From NCBI GenBank assembly GCA_963674965.2, contig CAXXFL010000006.1, positions 1,056,001 to 1,120,000 of the forward strand: DNA of 64,000 bases. Direction: 5' to 3'. Below, one piece after another: positions 30,671 to 40,997 of this stretch; position 1 is the first letter of the stretch; each line of letters begins with the position of its first letter. The DNA comes from a bacterium. GTDB lineage: Bacteria; RBG-13-61-14; DATKZS01. Below the pieces are notes generated by a model, which was given only the letters and a program-made list of their open reading frames with translations, was not told where the DNA came from and ran no database searches. Position numbers and translations under genes: made by a program.

Positions 30671-31397
30671 AGGACTTCGCGTCTCCCGCCAGTATCTGGG
30701 CCGGGTGCAGGACTTTTACGCGGGACCCTCTCCTCGAGAGGTAGCCCTTGATCTGCATGATGCAGCCGGGATCGAGGACCACCGCGGCGTCGGCGCCCGA
30801 GGCCTCGATATTCTCGGCCTTGCGCCGGGCCATGGCCGCGCTCACGGCGTCGAACTTGAGGGAGAAAGTCCCGCCGAACCCGCAGCACCTGTCGGGGTCT
30901 TCCATCTCCACCAGCTCGAGACCCTCGACTTTCTCCAGGAGTATTCTCGGCTCGAGGCCCACGCCCAGCTCGCGCTTGAGATGGCAGGATTCGTGAACGG
31001 TAACCTTGCCGTGAAAGCTTGCGCCAAAATCGGTCACGCCCGCCACCTTGACCAGGAACTCGGTGAACTCGAAGGTCCGCCGGCCCACCCTTTCGGCCAG
31101 GGCCAACTCCGCCGGGTACCCCTCGAAAAGGCGCCCGTAATGGTTGCGGACCATGGAAACGCAGGAGCCGGAAGGCGCCACGATCACCTCACGGCCGGCG
31201 AATACGCGAAGGAAGTTACGCGCCACGCGGCGGGCGTCGTCCCAATGCCCGGCGTTATAAGCGGGCTGGCCGCAACAGGTCTGGCCGTCCGGGTAATGCA
31301 CGCCGAACCCCGCCCGCTCGAGGGTCTCGGCGCAGGCGAGACCTATCTCGGGGAAAAAATTATCCACCAGGCAAGGTATGAAAAGGCAAAGGTCCAT
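30663..31397 (-). CDS. lutA: LutA/YkgE-like CCG-domain Fe-S protein
   Basis: CLVD, QTCCGQP, SGSC, HESCH, CCGFGGTF, DPGC. Confidence 0.88.
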   Translation of the reverse strand: MDLCLFIPCLVDNFFPEIGLACAETLERAGFGVHYPDGQTCCGQPAYNAGHWDDARRVARNFLRVFAGREVIVAPSGSCVSMVRNHYGRLFEGYPAELALAERVGRRTFEFTEFLVKVAGVTDFGASFHGKVTVHESCHLKRELGVGLEPRILLEKVEGLELVEMEDPDRCCGFGGTFSLKFDAVSAAMARRKAENIEASGADAAVVLDPGCIMQIKGYLSRRGSRVKVLHPAQILAGDAKSST

Positions 31398-31461
31398 GAT
31401 ATGCTCCCATAGCGCGGATTGGCCGGTCGGACCGGGCCGCGGCGAATGAGGATACCACTAA

Positions 31462-33516
31462 ATGAACCCTCTGGACAAGGAACTGAGGCAAAGAGCGGGC
31501 GAGGCCTGCGCCGACGGCTCCCTCGAGGAAAAGCTGAAAAAGGTGGCCAGGCGGCACGGCGGGCTCAGGAAGTTCCGCGTGGCCGAGCTTGGCAACTTCG
31601 AGGAACTGAGGCTGCGGCTCAACCGGATCAAGGAGGAAGTGCTCTCGGACCACGAGGGCTACCTGGCGCGGCTGATGGAGCGGGTCGAGGAACTGGGCGG
31701 CCGGGCTTACATGGCGCGGGACGCCGAGTCGGCGCGGCGGATCATCCGGGACATCGCCCGAAACGGGAACGTGAAGCTCGTCGTCAAGAGCAAGTCCATG
31801 ACCGGCGAGGAAGTCGGCATAACCGGCGCCCTCGAGCAAGACGGGATCGAGGTCGTGGAAACCGACCTGGGCGAGTACATTATCCAACTGGCGGGGCAAA
31901 GACCCTCCCATATAGTGACCCCCGCCATCCACATGTCCAAGACCGACGTGGCCCGCCTCTTCCATGAAAAGTTGGGCATGGAACTAACCGAGGACCCCGA
32001 GGAATTGACCATGCGGGCCAGGCGGGTCCTGAGAGAAAAATTCCTCGCCGCCGACATGGGAATAACCGGGGCCAACGCCCTCATCGCCGAGAACGGGGCC
32101 CTGGCCCTGGTCGAGAACGAGGGCAACATCAGGCTCACGACGACCCTGCCCCGGATACACGTCGCCCTGGTGGGCATCGAGAAGTTACTTCCCGCCATGG
32201 ACGACCTGGCCCTCCATCTCAAGCTCTTGCCCCGGTGCGCCACGGGCCAGAAAATGCCCGGCTACGTTTCCGTCATCAGGGGGCCGGCCCGGAACGACGA
32301 ACCGGACGGCGCGGTCGAGTTCCATCTGGTGCTCCTGGACAACAACCGGTCGTCCCTGGCCCGGGACCCTTTGCTCCGGGAGGCCTTGAAGTGCATCCGC
32401 TGCGGAGGCTGTCTTAACGCTTGTCCCGTTTATCAGCACGTGGGCGGACACGCCTACGGCACGGTATATCCGGGTCCGATCGGCTCGGCCATCAGCATGG
32501 CCATGCGCGACCCGGGCGCGAGCTTTGCCCTTCCCTTCATGAGCAGCCTGTGCGGGGCCTGCACGGAGGCCTGTCCCGCCGGCATACCTTTGCATCGAAT
32601 CCTGCTCGAGCTTCGGGAAAGGGTCAACAAGACGGACGACTCGGCTGGAGGATGGGCCGAGAAGGCGGCCTTCCGCCTCTGGAGCGAGGCGTGGAAATCC
32701 CCGGCCGGGTACGAGCTGACAAACCGCCTGCTGGCAGCCGCCATAAACGTGTGGGCAAGGGACGACGCCGTCAAGTCTTTGCCTCCACCAGGAGGCGCCT
32801 GGACAAGGCAAAGGGATTTTCCGCCGCCCGCGAAAAATACTTTCCATGAAATATGGCGCACAAGACAAAAGAAAAGCCCGGCCCCCGGCTCGGACCCGGC
32901 TGAGATTTCTCCACCCCCCATGCCGCCCGAGGGCAAGGGACCGGGGCCCTTCCCCTCTTCCCCCCGGCCCGGAGACCCCGGGAAATTCGCGAGCGAGATG
33001 AAGCTGATGAGGGGCGAGACCATCGTGGTGGATGGTCCGGACGAGGCGAGGACGGCGTTGCGGCAAACGCTGGAGCGCTTTGCCGGTTCAGCCATGGTCA
33101 AGTGGGACCATCCGGACCTGGATGAGCTTTCGCTTGACCACGTGGCCGCCGAGCTTGGTATTTCCCTGGCGGGCCCGCGAGGAGACAAGAACGATATAAT
33201 CAAAGCGGCGGCAAAGGCCAGGGCGGGAGTTACCGCCGCGGATTTCGGGCTGGCCGACTCGGCCACGCTGGTCCTTATTACGGGACCGGCCAGGCCCAGG
33301 TCTTTCAGCCTTTTGCCCGAGGTCCACGTGGCTCTCCTGAGAAAGGACCTTCTCTTTCGCGACAACGACGACCTGCCGGCGGCGCTCAAGAATTTCGGGG
33401 GCAGTAGTCTTAGAGGAGCGACCCTCGTAAGCGCTCCCAGCATGACGGGCGACATCGAGATGACTCCCGTGTTTGGAGTACATGGGCCCCGCGCCCTGAT
33501 AGTGATTATTTGGTGA
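31462..33516 (+). CDS. lutB: LutB-LutC fusion (lactate utilisation LUD/Fe-S protein)
   Basis: KSKSM, ETDLGE, ENEGN, CIRCGGCLNACP, LCGACTEACP; Pro-rich linker; C-terminal LUD domain ending PSMTGDIE..VFGVHGP. Confidence 0.88.
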   Translation: MNPLDKELRQRAGEACADGSLEEKLKKVARRHGGLRKFRVAELGNFEELRLRLNRIKEEVLSDHEGYLARLMERVEELGGRAYMARDAESARRIIRDIARNGNVKLVVKSKSMTGEEVGITGALEQDGIEVVETDLGEYIIQLAGQRPSHIVTPAIHMSKTDVARLFHEKLGMELTEDPEELTMRARRVLREKFLAADMGITGANALIAENGALALVENEGNIRLTTTLPRIHVALVGIEKLLPAMDDLALHLKLLPRCATGQKMPGYVSVIRGPARNDEPDGAVEFHLVLLDNNRSSLARDPLLREALKCIRCGGCLNACPVYQHVGGHAYGTVYPGPIGSAISMAMRDPGASFALPFMSSLCGACTEACPAGIPLHRILLELRERVNKTDDSAGGWAEKAAFRLWSEAWKSPAGYELTNRLLAAAINVWARDDAVKSLPPPGGAWTRQRDFPPPAKNTFHEIWRTRQKKSPAPGSDPAEISPPPMPPEGKGPGPFPSSPRPGDPGKFASEMKLMRGETIVVDGPDEARTALRQTLERFAGSAMVKWDHPDLDELSLDHVAAELGISLAGPRGDKNDIIKAAAKARAGVTAADFGLADSATLVLITGPARPRSFSLLPEVHVALLRKDLLFRDNDDLPAALKNFGGSSLRGATLVSAPSMTGDIEMTPVFGVHGPRALIVIIW

Positions 33517-35252
33517 TGGAAAAAGAACGGTTAAAAAAAATCTCCGCCCTGGCGCTCGCGACCTTGCCCGCCTTGGCCTGCCTGGCCCAGGCCCTTCATT
33601 TCTACCTTTTCAATCTTAACGACCTGGGCCTTGGCTTTCCCATTGACGACGCTTACATTTTCAAGCGCTACGCGGAAAACCTGGCCGCGGGCCGCGGCTT
33701 CTCCTTCAACCCGGGAGAGACCAGCTTCGGATGTACCAGCCTGGTGTGGCCCTTTTTAATGGCGGCGCTTATTAAGGCACTTCCTTTTCTGGACTACGTC
33801 ACCATCGCCTTCTGGCTGGGGGCATTGTGTAACGCCCTTACCGCCTCTGGAGCTTTCCTTGTTATTTGGAGGGCCTCGGGCAGGGTCGCTCCGGCGCTTT
33901 TCGGCGGCATGGTCATCGCGCTTTGCGTGCCTTTATCCTTTATCCACGCCGTGAGCGGCATGGAGACGCCCTTGACGGCTTTACTCCTGGTCGCCTTTTG
34001 CGCGGCCGCGCTGGACGATACGCCTCATCCCGCGGCGGCCGGCGTTATTGCCGGTCTCCTTTATCTGAGCAGGCCGGAGAACCTTTATTTCCCTTTAGGC
34101 TTCTTCATCGCCTGGGCCATGGTCCTTCCCTTCAAGGAAAAAAAGCCGGTCCTTCGCGGCATGGCCCTTTTCGCGGCCGCCTGGCTGGCGGTTGTGCTTC
34201 CCTCGGCTTTATGGGTCCATGCCCGGACGGGGACTTTTTTGCCGGGTACTTATTTGGGCAAGATCATGGCCAGTTCTCCCGCCCTGCTCGAAAGAGGGCT
34301 GGGCGAGAAAATCCTTTTCGGCGTCCTCTCTTTCCTGGACGGTTGGAAAAGGATCGGCTGGCCCCTACACTTCATTTCCTTCGCCCTCATGGCCGGGGCC
34401 GCGGCCGAGACGGCCCACGCCATCGCGTCCATTCCGGACCAGGAATTCAAGTATTTCAGCCGACTGAGGAAAATGGCCCTGGCCGGACGCGAGGCCCTGA
34501 CCAAGGAAGCCTCGGCGGGAAGGCTGATCCTGGCCGGATACATGCTCTTGCCGGGAGTATATGGTTTCCAGTTCCCGGTGCATCCGGCCTTTGGCGGCTA
34601 TTACAACCGCTATATCGCGCCGCTTTTCGTTGTCTGGGTCATACTGGGGGCCATCGGTATCCAGGGCGGATTGGCCGCCGTCTCCAATCGGCTGGGCTGG
34701 AAGGCAAAGCGAGAGCGCCTCGTTTCGATCGCGCTTCTCGTTCTTTCCCTTTGTTACCAGGGCTATCTATTCAACTTCCAGATAAAGGAGACCAAGGCCG
34801 TATACGCGGCCGAGGTCAGGCTCAACGCGGGCATAAGGATGGAGGCCGCCAAGTGGATAGCCGACCCGGCGAACGTTCCTCCCGGCGCCAGGGTAATGGT
34901 CGGGTACACCGGGCTCGGCGTGGTCGGAGGCGCCTGCGACCGCTACGTCCTGGACCTGGGCGCCCTCATCAACCCGGACATTTTCGAATATTACCGGGAC
35001 GCTCCCGTCACTCCCGAGGGAAGGTGGAAGGCCGTGCTCGGATACATGAAAGACAAAGGCGTGACCTGGTACGTGACTTTCGCCGCGCCGGCGGGTGGAC
35101 AGCTTAAAATACTCGATCCCGCGGCCACTCCAGGTTTTATCGAGGCGGCAAGGATAGGAGCGCAAGGCGAGCCGTCCTCCTTCTACGAACAGATTCGGAT
35201 TTACAGGATAGACTGGGAAAGACACGAAAATGACGAAAGCGGCCGTCCATAA
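33516..35252 (+). CDS. GT-C-fold membrane glycosyltransferase-like protein
   Basis: DDAYIF.RYAENLAAG.G..FNPGE...G.TS, SGMET, RPE motifs; multi-TM. Confidence 0.8.
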   Translation: MEKERLKKISALALATLPALACLAQALHFYLFNLNDLGLGFPIDDAYIFKRYAENLAAGRGFSFNPGETSFGCTSLVWPFLMAALIKALPFLDYVTIAFWLGALCNALTASGAFLVIWRASGRVAPALFGGMVIALCVPLSFIHAVSGMETPLTALLLVAFCAAALDDTPHPAAAGVIAGLLYLSRPENLYFPLGFFIAWAMVLPFKEKKPVLRGMALFAAAWLAVVLPSALWVHARTGTFLPGTYLGKIMASSPALLERGLGEKILFGVLSFLDGWKRIGWPLHFISFALMAGAAAETAHAIASIPDQEFKYFSRLRKMALAGREALTKEASAGRLILAGYMLLPGVYGFQFPVHPAFGGYYNRYIAPLFVVWVILGAIGIQGGLAAVSNRLGWKAKRERLVSIALLVLSLCYQGYLFNFQIKETKAVYAAEVRLNAGIRMEAAKWIADPANVPPGARVMVGYTGLGVVGGACDRYVLDLGALINPDIFEYYRDAPVTPEGRWKAVLGYMKDKGVTWYVTFAAPAGGQLKILDPAATPGFIEAARIGAQGEPSSFYEQIRIYRIDWERHENDESGRP

Positions 35253-35334
35253 AGATTGACGGCCAAGGCCGGCAGGGTTTAAATTAAAGCGTCGGTTGGC
35301 ATATGCCGAGAAATTTTTGCGGGAGGTAAGAAAA

Positions 35335-35793
35335 ATGGCACGGGCCGTCACGGTGGACAAACTAAAGGAAATGGTGGGCCAGGAGATAGGTCTCAGCGAC
35401 TGGCTGCAAATCAATCAGGACCGGATCAACGCCTTCGCCGAGTGCACGGAGGACAGGCAGTGGATTCACGTGGACCAGGAGATGGCCAAGAACGGTCCCT
35501 TCGGCACGACCATAGCCCACGGCTACCTTACTCTCAGCATGCTCAGCTACTTCAACTTTCAGAACAACGTGTTCCCCTCCGGCATCAAGATGGCGGTCAA
35601 TTACGGCCTCAACAAGGTCAGGTTTCTCAATCCCATCCCGGTGGGATCGAAGATCAGGAACCGCGCCGTGCTTAAGGAGGTCACCGACAAGGGCGGCGGA
35701 AGGCTGCTCATGATCACGGAGAACACCGTCGAGATCGAGGGGCAGGAAAAGCCCGCCATGGTCGCCGAAAGCCTGGCCATGCTTTTCGTCTGA
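35335..35793 (+). CDS. MaoC-family dehydratase
   Basis: FAECTEDRQWIHVD, TIAHGYL, NYGLNKVRF. Confidence 0.93.
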   Translation: MARAVTVDKLKEMVGQEIGLSDWLQINQDRINAFAECTEDRQWIHVDQEMAKNGPFGTTIAHGYLTLSMLSYFNFQNNVFPSGIKMAVNYGLNKVRFLNPIPVGSKIRNRAVLKEVTDKGGGRLLMITENTVEIEGQEKPAMVAESLAMLFV

Positions 35794-35911
35794 CCCCGCG
35801 GGGGCGTGAAAAGGACCGGCGTCCGCCTCCTTTTAGGGCTGGCGTCTTTTCCTTGAAGGGGGCGGAGGCGCAAGATAGCGCCTTTTCCCGGCCTTTGGTA
35901 TAATTCCGGAT

Positions 35912-36745
35912 ATGAAAATAGTGGACAAACTGAGGACGGCCCTGTTCAAGGAAACGGCCGAAAAGGGACCTTCGCCGCCGGACAAGGAATTATGGAGCCC
36001 GTCCATGGGCTCGGATTATCGGGAATTCTGGAACGCCATGGCCAAAGACAGGCAAGGGGCGTACCTGGCCGTGGCCGGTGAACCCTTTGGCGAGCCCGCC
36101 ACGGAGGAAAGCCTGTCCCGTCACGGGGCGGACACGGCCCGGATCATAGGCGACGTGCTCGAGATAGGCCCGGAGGACGGGGTGCTGGAGGTCGGCGTGG
36201 GAGTTGGACGCCTGGCCGAGCACCTTGCCCCCCGCTGCGGGTCCTTCACGGGCATGGACGTCTCGGACAACATGATCAAGGTGGCGAGGGAAAGGCTTTC
36301 CGGGATGGCCAACGTCGAGCTTCGGGCCCACGGCCAAAGCGATCTTTCTCCCTTCCCGGACGGGAGCTTCGACAAGGTCTACTTCCAGGTGGTCCTCATC
36401 CACCTGGACCGGGAGGACGCCTATCATTACATGAGGGAAACTCTAAGGGTCCTGAGGCCGGGCGGAAGGGCCTGGTTCCAGTTCTACAACCTGCTTCATG
36501 ACGGCGGCTTCAAGGAGTTCGAGTTCGCCGTCAATTACATGGTCGAGAAGGGAGGCAAGACGAGGGGCCGGGTCCACTGCTACACGGCCTCCGAGGTCCG
36601 CCGCCTGGTGGAGAAGGCCGGTTTCCGGATCGACGAGCAAAGGTCTCGCCTGGCCGAGGCCAAGCAGGACTTCGGCTACCGGATTCCCGACCTGGACTGG
36701 GAATTTTACCTTATCGCCGTGGGAGAGAAGCCCGCCAATGGCTGA
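35912..36745 (+). CDS. Class I SAM-dependent methyltransferase
   Basis: VLEVGVGVG, GMDVS, SFDKV, RVLRPGG; extended -10 TGGTATAAT 7 nt before the ATG. Confidence 0.9.
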   Translation: MKIVDKLRTALFKETAEKGPSPPDKELWSPSMGSDYREFWNAMAKDRQGAYLAVAGEPFGEPATEESLSRHGADTARIIGDVLEIGPEDGVLEVGVGVGRLAEHLAPRCGSFTGMDVSDNMIKVARERLSGMANVELRAHGQSDLSPFPDGSFDKVYFQVVLIHLDREDAYHYMRETLRVLRPGGRAWFQFYNLLHDGGFKEFEFAVNYMVEKGGKTRGRVHCYTASEVRRLVEKAGFRIDEQRSRLAEAKQDFGYRIPDLDWEFYLIAVGEKPANG

Positions 36746-37703
36746 TCCCCGCGCGAGCGTGGTCATTCCCACTCTGAACGGAGGAGCCCGGTTCAAGGAA
36801 TGCATCGAGGCCGTTTGCTCGCAGGAGCTGGAGGGCGGCTTCGAGGTGGTGACGGTGGACTCGGGCTCGAGCGACGGCACGGACGAGGTGGCCCGGAAGC
36901 ATGGCCGCCTCATCCGGATAAAGAAGTCCGAGTTCAACCACGGACTTACTCGCAACCTGGGTATTTCCCGGACCTCGGGCCGCTCGGTGGCCCTTATCGT
37001 GCAGGACGCCGTGCCCATGGGACGTGACTGGCTTTCGCGGCTGGTCGAGGCGGCCGAGACGGAGGGGGTGGCCGGGGCCTATAGCCGCCAGGTCCCTCGT
37101 CCTGACTGCCCTCCCTTTATCAAGGCGCGGCTGGACAGATGGAGCGCCTCTCGAGCCGACCGCGAGATCAAGTCCTTGAAGGGGGAGGACGAGCTTATGT
37201 CCCTTCCCATGCTCGAGCGGATAAGGCGGCTCAGCTTCGACAACGTCAGCTCATGCCTCAGGCGCGAGGCCTGGGAGCGTTTCCCCTTTGCCGAGCGCCG
37301 CTTCGGGGAGGACGCCGCCTGGTCGAGGGAAGTGCAACTGGCGGGATGGTCCGTGGTCTACGAGCCGGCCTCGGTGGTCGAGCACAGCCACGCCAACTCG
37401 ATGTGGTACGAGTTCAAGCGCGTGTATCTCGACCATCGCAACTGGCGGGAGGTGGCGGGAGGCGCGCTGTTCAACAACCTCGTGGAAGTTTTCCAGGCCT
37501 CGATCAACGGCGTGCCCGACAGGTGGGCGGAGTTGGAGGAGCGGGGCGTGACGGGGCTCGAGGCCTGGTACTGGCGGGCTTACGCCCTGCCCTATTGCGC
37601 CAGCCAGAACCTGGCCCAATACCTGGGTAGCAGGTCTTACAAGGCGGTCATGAAACTGGGATGGTATCGGCGGATCGACGATTTCATAGCCAAGGGGGTT
37701 TAG
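36738..37703 (+). CDS. GT2 glycosyltransferase (rhamnosyltransferase-like)
   Basis: SVVIPTLNG, VDSGSSDGT, FNHGLTRN, VQDA, FGED, HSH. Confidence 0.9.
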   Translation: MADPRASVVIPTLNGGARFKECIEAVCSQELEGGFEVVTVDSGSSDGTDEVARKHGRLIRIKKSEFNHGLTRNLGISRTSGRSVALIVQDAVPMGRDWLSRLVEAAETEGVAGAYSRQVPRPDCPPFIKARLDRWSASRADREIKSLKGEDELMSLPMLERIRRLSFDNVSSCLRREAWERFPFAERRFGEDAAWSREVQLAGWSVVYEPASVVEHSHANSMWYEFKRVYLDHRNWREVAGGALFNNLVEVFQASINGVPDRWAELEERGVTGLEAWYWRAYALPYCASQNLAQYLGSRSYKAVMKLGWYRRIDDFIAKGV

Positions 37704-38989
37704 TCACGCGTATCGTCTACGTTAGCCAGGGATACCCGCCCGAGAGGGTGGGCGGCGTCGAGGTATATTTGAAGGGCCTGGCCCGCGAGATGTCCGGCGG
37801 CCACGAGGTCTTCGTCTTCAGCCGGGGCCTGCAGGATAACGTTAAGACGGGCCATACCTACGTCGAGATGGACGGCCCGGTCGAGGTCACCCGCGTGGAC
37901 GTCAACTTAAGGCGCCTCGGCGAGTTCCGGGAGATTTACTCGAGGCCCTGCATCGAGGAGTTGTTCGCCAATTACCTGGATCAGGTCCGGCCCGACCTCG
38001 TTCATTTCCAGCATTTCGGCGGCCTTAGTCTTGGCATGATCGACGTGGCCCGGGAAGCGGGCGCTCCGGTCGTGGTCACTCTCTCCGACCACCAGCCCTA
38101 TTGCCCGAGGGGCCAGCGGATCAGGAACGATAAAAGGGTCTGCACGGCCATCAACCTGGACGAGTGCCTCGAGTGTCTCAAGCCCCAGACCGTGGGCCTC
38201 GAGGGCAGGGCGGCCAAGCTGGCGGCCTATCTTTTGGGGAAGAGCAAGGGCCTGGATCTCCTGCGGACCATGCATGATGACGTGGCCGAGAGTTTTGCCA
38301 AGGTCTCGACCTTTATCATGCCCTCCGAGTTTCACCGGGCCCGGATGATCGAGGCGGGCACGCCGGCCTACTCGAGCGTGGTCATGCCCTACGGGCTGGA
38401 CCTTTCCATGCTCGACGGGGTCCCTCGCCGTCCCGCGGGGGAGCCGGTCAAGCGCTTCGGATACCTGGGTACCCTCATCCCCAGCAAGGGCGTGGAGGAC
38501 GTCATTATGGCCTTCAAGCGCATGAAGGTCACGGGTTGCTCCCTCCACGTTTACGGCGAGGCCGTTCCATATCACGGAGTAACCGACTACGACAAGCGCC
38601 TGGTCGAGATGGCCCGGAGCGCGGACGTGAGTTTTTACGGCCCCTACCAGCCCGATGACCTGCCCCGGGTCTTGTCTCGCATCGACGCGGTGGTCATGCC
38701 CAGCAGGTGGTACGAGTCCTACGGGATCACGATCAGGGAGGCCTTCCGGGCGGGCCGTCCCACCATCGTTTCCGACGTGGGGGCCTTTTCCGAGGCGGTC
38801 GATCATGAGGTCAACGGTCTCAAGTATCCGCCGGGGGACGTCATCGGGCTGGCCGCCGCCATGGACGCCATGGCCTCGGACGCGGACATGGCTCAAAGGA
38901 TGGCCGAGGCGGGCGGTCCCGTCACGAGCGTGTCCGACCACGCGGCCGGCCTGATCGCCGTTTACAACAAGGCCATCGAGGACTCTTGA
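37661..38989 (+). CDS. GT4 glycosyltransferase (start uncertain)
   Basis: YPPERVGGVE, PDLVHFQH, KGV, PSRWYESYG..IREA. Confidence 0.9.
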   Translation: MVSADRRFHSQGGLVTRIVYVSQGYPPERVGGVEVYLKGLAREMSGGHEVFVFSRGLQDNVKTGHTYVEMDGPVEVTRVDVNLRRLGEFREIYSRPCIEELFANYLDQVRPDLVHFQHFGGLSLGMIDVAREAGAPVVVTLSDHQPYCPRGQRIRNDKRVCTAINLDECLECLKPQTVGLEGRAAKLAAYLLGKSKGLDLLRTMHDDVAESFAKVSTFIMPSEFHRARMIEAGTPAYSSVVMPYGLDLSMLDGVPRRPAGEPVKRFGYLGTLIPSKGVEDVIMAFKRMKVTGCSLHVYGEAVPYHGVTDYDKRLVEMARSADVSFYGPYQPDDLPRVLSRIDAVVMPSRWYESYGITIREAFRAGRPTIVSDVGAFSEAVDHEVNGLKYPPGDVIGLAAAMDAMASDADMAQRMAEAGGPVTSVSDHAAGLIAVYNKAIEDS

Positions 38990-40404
38990 TGCGCCTTCTT
39001 TTAATCCAGCCGGACTACGCGAGAAAACGCGAAAACGGCGGCCCACCGGCCGGTCTCATGCCGGCCAGGTCTCTTGTCCAGTTGGCCCTTCTGCTCGAGG
39101 GCATGGGCCATGAGACGCGGGTGCTCGATCCTTTCTCGGCCGCGAGCGCGGCGAAAGGGGAAGAAGAGGTGGACGTGGGCGCCGCCGCTCTCGCCGCCTC
39201 GAGGGAAAAAGGATTCGACGCGGCCGGCGTGGCCGTCTACACGGCCACTCGCAAGGAGGCCCGTCTCGCGGCCGGTCTCCTTAAAAAGGGTTCCAGGACC
39301 ATGCCGGTGATGGCGGGCGGGCCTCACGTCTCGAGGCTGCCCAAAAGCTTGATGGGCGGGTGGCCGGAGATCGACTACGCCCTTCTCGGGGCGGCGGAGG
39401 AATCTCTTCCGGCCCTCGTCGAGGCCCTGGATAAAGGCTCGTCCGCTTTCAGGATAAACAACCTGGCCTTCAGGGCGGGGCCAAAAACCGTCCGGGTCAA
39501 CGGCAAGGCGTCGTACAAGGCGGACCTCTCGGCCCTGCCCCCCACGCGCTACGACAAATACCTGGAGGCGCTACCCGAGCCCAGGATACCTCGGGCCTAC
39601 GTTATGACCGCGAGGGGATGCTCGTTCTGGTGCAACTTCTGCTCGAGCCTTTGGAAGAAGGTCATCCTGGCGGAACCGAAACGGGTGGCGGACGAAATCG
39701 AGCACCTGGCACGGGACTGCGGGACCGAGCGCGTCATCATTTATGACGACTGCTTCGGCATGAACGCGGACCACGCGGCCTCGGTGCTGGACGCCCTGAT
39801 CGAGAAAAAGGTCGAGGTCGAGCTCGAGGCCGTGACCCGGTTCGACGTGGTAACCGACGTTTGGCTGGACAAGTTCGTCCAGGCCGGCGGCGTCCACTTG
39901 TTCGCCGGCATCGAGACGGGGTCGAAAAAGCTCAGACGGCGCATGAACAAGCACATGGCCGACGGCGACCTTTGCGCGGGGGCCGAGGCCATCCGCAAAA
40001 GGGGGATCAAGCTGGGGGTATACCTTATGTTCGGCTTCCCCTACGAGGAGGACAGGGACGTTTCGGAGACGGTCCGGCTCGTCAGGAAGCTCGATCCCGA
40101 GCAGGTGATGAGCTCGGTCTTCGACGTGAAGCCCGGCGACATGCTCTCCGAGTTCTCGATGAGCGCCGAGGTCATCGAGCCCGACGACTGGCTGAGCGAG
40201 GAAAGAAGGCTGATAAACGAGATGGATGAGGAGACCCTGCTGATGAACGCGGCCAGGGCTACGGCCTTCGACCGGGCTTTCACCAAAAGCCGGATCATGC
40301 CGGAGCACGACTCGGCCGACTTTATCGTCGGGGCGAGCCGGGAAATAATCGAGCCGCTCATCGAGCGGGAGACGAAGAGGTGGTTGGGAAATGCCGGGAA
40401 GTGA
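38989..40404 (+). CDS. B12-binding domain radical SAM protein
   Basis: GGPHVS, RGCSFWCNFC, GIETGS; coupled to the GT4 gene. Confidence 0.9.
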   Translation: MRLLLIQPDYARKRENGGPPAGLMPARSLVQLALLLEGMGHETRVLDPFSAASAAKGEEEVDVGAAALAASREKGFDAAGVAVYTATRKEARLAAGLLKKGSRTMPVMAGGPHVSRLPKSLMGGWPEIDYALLGAAEESLPALVEALDKGSSAFRINNLAFRAGPKTVRVNGKASYKADLSALPPTRYDKYLEALPEPRIPRAYVMTARGCSFWCNFCSSLWKKVILAEPKRVADEIEHLARDCGTERVIIYDDCFGMNADHAASVLDALIEKKVEVELEAVTRFDVVTDVWLDKFVQAGGVHLFAGIETGSKKLRRRMNKHMADGDLCAGAEAIRKRGIKLGVYLMFGFPYEEDRDVSETVRLVRKLDPEQVMSSVFDVKPGDMLSEFSMSAEVIEPDDWLSEERRLINEMDEETLLMNAARATAFDRAFTKSRIMPEHDSADFIVGASREIIEPLIERETKRWLGNAGK

Positions 40405-40924
40405 AAAAGGTTTCGTGCAGGTTTACACGGGAGACGGCAAGGGCAAGACCACGGCGGCGTTGGGTCTTTGTTTCAGGGCCGCCGGCCACGGGATGAAGAG
40501 CCATATCATCCAGTTCATGAAGGGCCAGATAGACTACGGAGAGCTAAAGGCCGTGAAGATGACGGGCGGACTGGTTACCATAACCCAGGGGGGTCGGGAC
40601 TGCTTCGTCAGCCGCGAGTGCCCGGCCCGGGAGGACGTGGACCTGGCGGGGGAGGCCCTGGCCAAGGCCTCGGATTTGGTTGCCAAAGGAGAGGTCGATA
40701 TAGTGGTGCTAGACGAGGTCAACGTGGCCCTTGACTTCAAGCTGATCGAGGTAGGGGACGTCCTGAGAATAATGGACTCGAAACCAGCCAACATGGAGCT
40801 TATTCTGACCGGACGCTCGGCCCCCGCCGAGATCGTGGAGAGGGCGGACCTAGTCACGGAGATGCGCGAGGTCAAGCATTACTGGACCAAGGGAGTGACC
40901 GCCAGAAAGGGCGTGGAAAAATAA
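40391..40924 (+). CDS. cobO: Cob(I)alamin adenosyltransferase, CobO/BtuR type
   Basis: VYTGDGKGKTTAALG, QFMKG, VLDEV, LTGR, ADLVTEM..VKH. Confidence 0.93.
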   Translation: MPGSEKGFVQVYTGDGKGKTTAALGLCFRAAGHGMKSHIIQFMKGQIDYGELKAVKMTGGLVTITQGGRDCFVSRECPAREDVDLAGEALAKASDLVAKGEVDIVVLDEVNVALDFKLIEVGDVLRIMDSKPANMELILTGRSAPAEIVERADLVTEMREVKHYWTKGVTARKGVEK

Positions 40925-40997
40925 TCGGCCAGGCTGAAACCGATCCCGGGTCGCCCGGCATCTAAAGATGGGAATTATTCGCGCGGGAGGGAAGATC

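Noticed and set aside
37692-37705. Non-canonical GTC start for the GT4 gene after AAGGGGG
   Set aside because: An in-frame ATG at 37661 is available; sequence alone cannot decide
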